From Chrysomallon squamiferum (Eukaryota > Animalia > Mollusca), in NCBI GenBank assembly GCA_012295275.1, contig CM022673.1, positions 2,046,001-2,110,000 of the forward strand: a stretch of DNA of 64,000 nt, read 5' to 3'. The notes below the pieces were generated by a model. That model made no database searches. It saw nothing but the letters and a program-made list of their open reading frames with translations, and was not told where the DNA came from. Both the position numbers and the translations under genes were made by a program. This document shows positions 55,492 to 64,000 of the stretch, piece after piece (the stretch's first letter is position 1; each line of letters begins with the position of its first letter).

Positions 55492-56411
55492 CTAAAAATA
55501 AACAAGATACGTGTATCAGAGTTCAGACCTGCGCGGGTTATAGAAAAGCGAATCAGTGAAAAATTTCGTGAACTACAGGATAAATAACACGGGTTAATAT
55601 CCTTTTACACACACACGATTACATAACAACAATGTCGATCAACGTGCTTACGTAGTTGAAAATGTCGTTGACATAAGGTCAGATGTTTGCAGCGTTACGT
55701 CGTCGTCTACACATCAAAGATGTTGTTCGGATAATCCGACGACGTCGTCTTCGTTACGAGATAGCGTGTCTGCGTGGGCGAAGTGAAAAGATTTCTCGTG
55801 ATCTGTTTAACAAGAGATCGTAGGATCGACTCTATTGGATTGACTTTCTTATTACTTCATTCAGCCAGTTCTGTGGATGGATAACTGTATCAGTGTTGTG
55901 TGTGTGTGGGTGTGAGAGAGTATGTATGTGCGTGTATTAGTGAGTGTGTGTTTAAGTGTGTGTGTCTGTGTTAAGGACGTTTGTCTAGTTACTGGTACTA
56001 TAAAAAAGAAAAGCACAACTACAAACAACTACCACTACTAGTGCAGTAATACTACATAGAACTATAAGCACTACTAATGTTACAACCAGTACTAATAATG
56101 CTATTATTACTACTACTACTATTCCCAAATTGTCTATTCAGATGCCTGTAACATACACTATAAAACCACTATATTTCTCTTCCCAACAAATATTTTAATG
56201 ATGAATCAACAAACCAAAAAGGATAAACCGCTTATCGGTCATCACAATTTGTTCCTACACGTGCTGACATATGAACAAATTACCTACCACTGTATGTCAT
56301 AAGCGGTCACGTTATCGTCTAACCATCAGTCATTAGCTAAAATGTGAAATGTAATTGTGTGTATTACACTGTTGACATGAAGTATATTATCTGTTGAGCT
56401 TTTATACTGGC

Positions 56412-56512
<101 letters not shown>

Positions 56513-58295
56513 CTGCAAGGAATAATTTGATGTTATTTTTATGGGATTAAGAAGGCGCCGGTAAAGCTAAACAGAAGTTGCTAAATGGATCAAACTAATG
56601 GGACTGTGGAGATCTCTGCTTTTTCCCTCAAGTCCTCCCAGTAAAAGGACATTTAATACCGAATCACTCTTATCTGGTAGATGTGGCTAGTAAAGTTAAG
56701 GGTATATTCCGTTCAAGATATATTATAATAATAAACCATAATCCGTTTTTTTTTTTTTTTTTTTTTTTTTAAATTGAATGATATACTTTAAAAGAATCAA
56801 AACTTAAAATTTTATTTATGAATGATTAACCTAGAACCTTAAGGTTTGACTAAGATAAATTTTGCCGCAACATACGATAACGAGAAAAAAAAAAAAAAAA
56901 ATTGGTTTGCATTTGGCGTTAAATTTCTTTGCTAGCGACAGTAGGATTGGTGACGTTTGTGATAAATTCATGTGGTATCTAATCTGTATGGTTTAACTCA
57001 GACAGGTTATGGATGCAACGCAATTAGATTTCTATTTTAAAAAAACATGATTGATACCGCGTCACAGTATATTACACAGGTATCATATTCATACAGTACT
57101 TACACGATAACTAGTTTAACCATCAGGCTGCTTGCTTGTTAACAGTTTCGGATTACGCAAACAGGATTCATACCGCAGTCTATAATCTTAACTTTGTGGA
57201 GGACTCATTTTTCAAGTTGTTTATGTTAGCCCTCCTCGAGTGAAGTTGTTTCAGCTTGGTTCTATCGTCAGACAACCCGTGGATCAAATGGACCGACATA
57301 ACGGGATTGCCTAACAACAGGCAAAGACTGCAAACAGCGGGAAATGATCGTGAATAGAAATTCTCAGATTGCGTTTGGCATCGTTCCTCGGGGTTTTAGC
57401 TCGTCGCATGTCACTTAGATGAGAAATGCCAACTTCGTAAGAGCAGTTAATATTTGTTTACGTAAATTCGTGGTATGTAATGATTGAGAGAACGGCTTTT
57501 TTTTTTTTCGTTTTACGAAAACAAATTTTAAACAGTGGCTGATTTTGCGCCTGAGTGTGAACCTAATGGACCACATACAGAAACTGACGATAGTTTAGTA
57601 ATTAATTGTAATTATGTTGTAACATGCTTATCAATTAGATTCGTTTGTGTCATGTTAGCATACAGTCAAGTTGTTATATTATCTTATCTCTGATACACAA
57701 AGTAGTTTAAGTAAACGCACTTAATCGTCCTCCAAACACTGTGTTACCCTCTACCACCAACCTCCATCTACTCAGCTAAAAAAATAAAAATAAAACCGGA
57801 ATGGTCTATCTCTTTATCATTTATCATAACTGCCCTTATCATCACCATCATTTTCCTATTATCATTATTATTACTGTAAATCATTATTTTTGTCAGCATC
57901 ATTACACTACGATAGTTCCGAAGAATGACAAAAAGATAATTTAAGTTAATAAAACATTTTGAATGTTATAAAACTTGACCACACTTTGATTGTAAGGTAA
58001 CCAACCCATTTATTATCAAGGAAAGATCCACCGCTGACAAAAACGGTAAAATATTCAGTGTGTATTTTAACACTAGTAAAATCCTGTCAAGTGGGTGTCA
58101 AATGTTTATAATCTGGTAAGAAAATACCGTATCGCAAACGTCAGTGAGAAAAGTCGATTAATCCTGAACATGTTCTTTACCTATGAAACTCTGACCGCCG
58201 TTGACCACTAGGTGACCGTGATGTGCATTTCTGATGCTGACGTAGTCTACCGACTTTTGTGCCAAGTGTGTTTTTCTTTAATATTATTTATTCAC

Positions 58296-58334
<39 letters not shown>

Positions 58335-58341
58335 TTATTAT

Positions 58342-58425
<84 letters not shown>

Positions 58426-58430
58426 AAGTT

Positions 58431-58483
<53 letters not shown>
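58342..58483. repeat. (TAG)n microsatellite
   Basis: Direct. Confidence 0.95.
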
Positions 58484-58484
<1 letters not shown>

Positions 58485-58954
58485 AATTATTCTCTTTAAA
58501 ATTAATATTTTACATGGAGGGCTTGTTTCTTCTTGTTTACTACTGATGATTTTATTTATTTATTTATTATTTATTTATTTTCATTTTATTGCTTTAATTA
58601 TGTATTCCTGTTGGGATACCATTACCGCTGGGCCTCCCTAGGACTTTAGAATATTAATACCAGCGTCAGGAAACACTGTTTATCATGTTTTTATTTTTAT
58701 CATCATCATCATCATCATAATTATTATTATTTCTAAACTATTTATTTATTACATTACTAGTATACAATGCCGTACCAGTTACTTCTGTTTCTAGCAGTCA
58801 GACTTATATTTGACTTGAGCATTCCTTTACGACGAAGATTTGATAAATCGAAAAACGGAGGACTAGAAACAATTTAAAGATATTACCTGAGATTCAGGTA
58901 TGTACTGTATTAACTAACACACTTCACTGTAAACTTAACTTATTCATCTGGTCG

Positions 58955-59358
58955 CAGGTTCATGATCCCTTATCCGAAATTACGGAATCGAAAAACTCCG
59001 AAATCCGAAATTTGTTTCGAGCAGCAGAAATAGTAATATCTTACAATTTTAGCAGAGTTTTGCGTATACAAACTTTATATAATGTACAAAATTATTTAAA
59101 AATTATATTAAAAAAAAAAAAAAAATCCCGAAGATTCTTTATATAAGCCTGTCGTATTTTGGAATATAACGCAAATAGTCTTAGAATAGGATGTAAATCT
59201 TAATAAAAATTCAGTTTATATTTTCATTTTCTACATGTATATTTAGACTTGCATCCTTTTCTCAGGCTATTGCCTTATATTCCAAAATACAAAAAAAATA
59301 CCGAAATCCGAAAATGTTTCGGTCCCAAGCATTTCGCATAAAGTATTTTTTTAACCCG
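58955..59358. mobile_element. Non-autonomous pogo/Tigger-type MITE (MER46/Tigger4-like)
   Basis: Left end caggttcatgatcccttatccgaaat; right end ggtcccaagcatttcgcataaagtattttttaacccg (imperfect TIRs); repeated ccgaaatccgaaa subterminal motifs. Confidence 0.7.
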
Positions 59359-60310
59359 CATGGCTATTGATAACGGGGTGTAACACTTTATGCAACAAAA
59401 ATCTTCTGGTTTTAAATGTAGACTATACTGCATGCAGTAAACTTTGTGTTTTAAATGTAGATTATATTGTACGGTCATGTTATGGAACCCAGATTCTCTT
59501 ATAAACGATATTAATAGTTTTGATATGAATAAACTATGAACGAGCTTTTTTTTATATGTATATACACTTACGCACTCACTCACACACACACGAACATTGA
59601 TACACACACATATATGTATATACAAATACAAATACATACATACATATACACATACATACATACACATATACATACATACATACATACACATACATACATA
59701 CACACATACATATATACACACATACATACATACATAGATAATACATATATATATATATACATACATACACACACACAAACACACACATAAATATATAATT
59801 GTTATTTGAAATGACTGAATGTTGATTATCTCTATCTTTGATGGAAAGTGATTTATTTACATATTCTGTCTATACTATCATTATAATAAGCCGGATGTTT
59901 GTCGTAAAACAGCCACATGAGTTCTAGGCTTTAAACACTAAGCTATGCATAACGATACGATTCATATTATACGGCCCAAATATCCATTAAAAAGTCCTGT
60001 TGGTTATTTACAAGCAGCCACAGAGCGGGTGATAGCAACCTTTGTATGCATACCTCATTTAGCATACACATGCTATTTATCTGCAAAGAATAAATCTTCC
60101 GTTTGATCGAGATTTTCCAATTGCTGCATGGTATTTAAAGAGACATAACGAATATACAAAGATAGAGTTTTTACAAAAAAAAAAAAAGTATGTTAAAAAT
60201 GTTGCTCTCTACATAAGTTTTGAAAATATGAGTATACAGCAGAAGGTTCAAATCAGCAGTATAAGAATATACTTTGATATTGTGAAATATATTTAAGCCT
60301 AGTAATACAA

Positions 60311-60408
<98 letters not shown>

Positions 60409-60602
60409 CTCTCTCTCTTTCTTTCTCTCCAAACATTATATGATTAAATGGGGAGAGGGCTATATAACGTGAATACATTTTAATATTAATGGTTGTTATA
60501 AGTCAACAAATATGAATTATGTTCATCATCGATTAGTCACAGCGAAGAAATGGTAAGATCAGAGAGAGAAAGAAATATGAGAGAGAGAAGCGAAAACACA
60601 CG

Positions 60603-60676
<74 letters not shown>

Positions 60677-60997
60677 CACATACACACACTCAGAGAGAGA
60701 AAGAGACATACATACAGAAAAGACAGAAACGAGAGTAATTCATTACACAACACTATGTATAGTAGTTCTCTGGTAAAACAAAGCAACCGAGAACGAAATT
60801 AAACAAAGAACAAACTATAGCAGCGTACGTCACCACGTACGTAACACGATACGAACAGCCACTTGTTAAACAATCGCAAAACACACGAGCTGATAATTTA
60901 CGTTAAGAACCACAAAAAAAAAAAGAGAAGAGAAGAATCCCGGCTACGTAAGTTTAAAGAGATGAAATGCGGGTAATAAAACATAAACACGACTAAC

Positions 60998-61099
60998 CTC
61001 TTTTTTGCAGTTCCCATCTTGGTGGGACTTAGAATCCTGAATCTGAAACGATTCTTCTGGAGATGTCGTCGATGCTAGAACGCAGCTGTCAACAGTCAT
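60998..61099 (-). CDS. TMEM150/DRAM-like exon 1 (MTVDSCVLASTTSPEESFQIQDSKSHQDGNCKKE)
   Basis: gaacATG start, 34 open codons, donor GAG|GTTAGT in phase 0. Lies in a CpG-rich region next to a TF-motif cluster and joins in frame to the next two exons. Confidence 0.6.
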
Positions 61100-61139
61100 G
61101 TTCGGACACAACAATGAAGCCCGCCACTCGACTGCAGTC

Positions 61140-61330
61140 AGCTAAGTGAAACGCGCTTGTTTATTTCGACGTCTGCTGTAACTGCTTGTGGCACTCGTCG
61201 GAAAGCTCCGGGTCACGATTCGCAGCTGGGAATTCCCCAAAGCGACGGCTGCCTGCCTCTGCAGTTACAGGCTTCCCAGAAAACAGAGCGTGACGTCAGC
61301 TTTCATTGGAAGACTACTACGGCTTATAAA
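61140..61330 (-). promoter_or_regulatory. Putative TMEM150/DRAM-like promoter with kB, STAT/GAS, CRE, CCAAT and IRF-like motifs
   Basis: GGGAATTCCCC 61228-61238, TTCCCAGAA 61273-61281, TGACGTCA 61291-61298, ATTGG 61305-61309, AAGTGAAA 61144-61151. CpG-rich and directly upstream of the exon 1 ATG. Confidence 0.6.
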
Positions 61331-61348
61331 TCTATCGCACGTGTTTCG

Positions 61349-61391
<43 letters not shown>

Positions 61392-61979
61392 CCTGTGTGT
61401 GTGTGTGTTGGTTGTGTGTGCGTGTTGGTTGTGTGTGCGTGCCTAGGTATGTGTGTCTGTGAATGCCTAGGTATGTGTAGATTCGTATGTATATGTGTAC
61501 GTATGCAGTAATTTGTATGAATGAAGATTTTGGTAGATGTTATGTATATGTATATGTGTATGTGTGTGTGCATGTGCGTATGTTAGTCGTTAACATGTGA
61601 GTGTGCATGTGTATATAATATGTGGCCAACTTCTTAACTGTGTGCTTTTAAATCTGGAAATTTTCCCCATCTTATTTACATTTGTATCTAACCTATTAAT
61701 AAGATGTTTTCGTAGTCTCCGTCTCTGTTTCTGTATTGCATGGCTAAAGCTACATCAGTGAATCGTCACGTTTACCAGATCATACATTATTTAATTGTGT
61801 ACACGCACCACGTAATTATGTGCATTTACACGCAACCACGCGTACATTTTCACGCTTCCTTTGCCCCACAAAATAAATAAATAAACGAAAATCATGGCCT
61901 TAAATTCATATCAGTTCTCATAAAAGAAAACATATTCATTCGTTAATAATCTGACATATTTACGTTTTTCACCTGATCT

Positions 61980-62123
61980 GTGTTTTTCAAATTCGAAATT
62001 TTTTTATTATTATTATTATTAAACGAAAATTGTTACGGTCCGTTAGCCTTGTATTTTTCAAATTCGAAATAATTTATTATTAAACGAAAACAGTGTCAGT
62101 TATGTCACGGTCCATTAACCTCG
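61980..62123. repeat. Local duplication (tttttcaaattcgaaat...ttattaaacgaaaa...acggtcc.tta.cct)
   Basis: Two adjacent ~70-bp similar units. Confidence 0.65.
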
Positions 62124-64000
62124 TCTCTTCTAATTAAGTGCACAGGTTACACAGTCAATTTGTTCAGCGTAATACCTGCAATTTTCAGTCGTGTCACGTA
62201 ATGCCCTCGATTACCAGTCATTTCGCTGATTTACTGGAATTTTCTCAAATTTCATAAATGTTTTTCAGGGTTAAGATTAACATGCTATTCTAGTTATATA
62301 CTTTATAACCTGTATGTTTTAGTCTGTATGGGAGTTTTTAGTTAAATAACATTAAAACCAAAAAAAAAAAAAAAAAATAATAATAATAATAATAATAATA
62401 AAACCAACAAAATAAATAAATAAATAAATAATCAAAAATAAATAAATAAAACTTTTTAACTTGTAAATAAATTTCAAGTATATTATTGAACGATACGCAG
62501 ATATAAATAACAGGACTAGAGATGAAATTATTTTTAATATAATTAAGAAAAGAAACAACTGAAATTTTAAGTATTATTACCATGAACTAAACGTTACTGG
62601 TAACAAACACGTATATATGGGGTTTTTTTCTAAAATACCTGGAGTCTTGTAATGTAGATAGACAGAGAAACAGACAGATAGACGCACAGAAAGTCAGATC
62701 TATCTATATATAAATATATGATGCACTGCATTTCTTTCTTTCAGTTTTAGAATGTATGTATTGTCCCATAGAATCTGATATTATTATTATGGATGTAAGA
62801 GGCATCAACATCGTCAAGATTACAGAAACAGGTTTAATTTAAAATAACATCTCAATTACATGGACAAGTCCAGTGATGTCTGCTTATTGTTACAGTAACA
62901 ACAGAAATATAGAGAGCGGTTTTTAATATTAGCTTAAGTATTGGGAAGCATTTATTTATTTACTACTATTACTATTGTTCTTGTTTTTTGTTGTTGTAGC
63001 TGATGCTCCAACAATAGTAGTAGTTGTTGTAATAATAATAATAATAATAACAACAACAACAACAACAGTAGTAATAATAATAATAATAAAAAAAAAAAAC
63101 AACAGACTAACAAAAGTAGCAAAATAATAATATTAATAATAAGAAGAAAAACAATAAAAATAACAAAAATATGAATAATAATAATGATAATAATTATTTT
63201 CATATTGCATATTTTAATTATTTTTGATATTGTTTTTATTATTACTGTTGTTACTGTCGTCGTTTTTTTTTTTTTTTTTTTCTTTTTTTTTTTATTATTA
63301 TTATAGATGGATGTCAGGCGCATTTTCAAGACTCTTATAAAGAAAAAAAATAAAGAAATATCTAATTTTACTAACAGATAAACAAATGTACAGCTGTCGT
63401 CTGCTTCTGTGAATGACGTCCAGTCGGGTAATCGATAGTCACCGAGTCCTCGTAACAGGTTTGCTTTACACAATGACGATATTCTTCGTATGACACGTGA
63501 CATATCTGATATATTAAACACTCACACGTTTAACTGAGGTTGAAGCCGACATGTGTCTTCAGTATATTTTCAACCCCCCCCCCCACCCTTTAATACGCAT
63601 GTTACTGATTCGCTGCAGACGATGGTGCTTGCCTCAGAGATAATCAAAAATACTCAGGAAGTGTAGATGTGGGTGGTAATCAAAATAGGTTAAAAGACCA
63701 CCTGTGAGCTGTGTTAGAACGTTGCAGTTCTGTGTGTCGCTATATTTTTGCCATTAAACGAATAAATTAATTTTTTTCGGATGGTGTGATTAAAAATTTA
63801 ATAATAATGAATATGTAAAATAAGTAAATTTTCGTCCTTACAGACATACGGCTTACTGTTTTGTGTTTTAAAATATGAATTATAAAATTAATAATTACGA
63901 AGACAAAGAAAAATAACAATAATAAAAAAGAGAGATAGACAGTGTAACCATTAAATATTTATAAATAATAAACGCATACACGCACACACAGAGAGAGAGA

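Noticed and set aside
62952-63521. 189-aa minus-strand ORF
   Set aside because: Non-ATG start, and most of its length is poly-K/I/L from simple repeats.

Overview
This is AT-rich, microsatellite-dense eukaryotic DNA from an animal, probably an invertebrate; the SINE relics resemble gastropod SINEs I recall, so that placement is inference. It is not a prokaryotic accessory region, and almost all ORF-track entries are simple-repeat artefacts. Two spliced minus-strand genes can be rebuilt by hand. (1) A TMEM150/DRAM (Frag1/DRAM/Sfk1) membrane-protein gene with 10 coding exons at about 61099-29658, giving ~336 aa. It has a U12-type intron, a 57-aa N-terminal extension from two distant exons, a promoter with NF-kB, STAT, CRE and CCAAT motifs, and a 1-nt phase conflict at the exon 3/4 junction. 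(2) An unidentified gene with an acidic, Ser-rich N-terminus starting at 18714 and running left through CpG-depleted sequence. The window also has degenerate tRNA-derived SINE copies, a Tigger/MER46-like MITE, several minisatellites and a speculative nested antisense micro-ORF. I found no firm evidence for a wholly new biological system.
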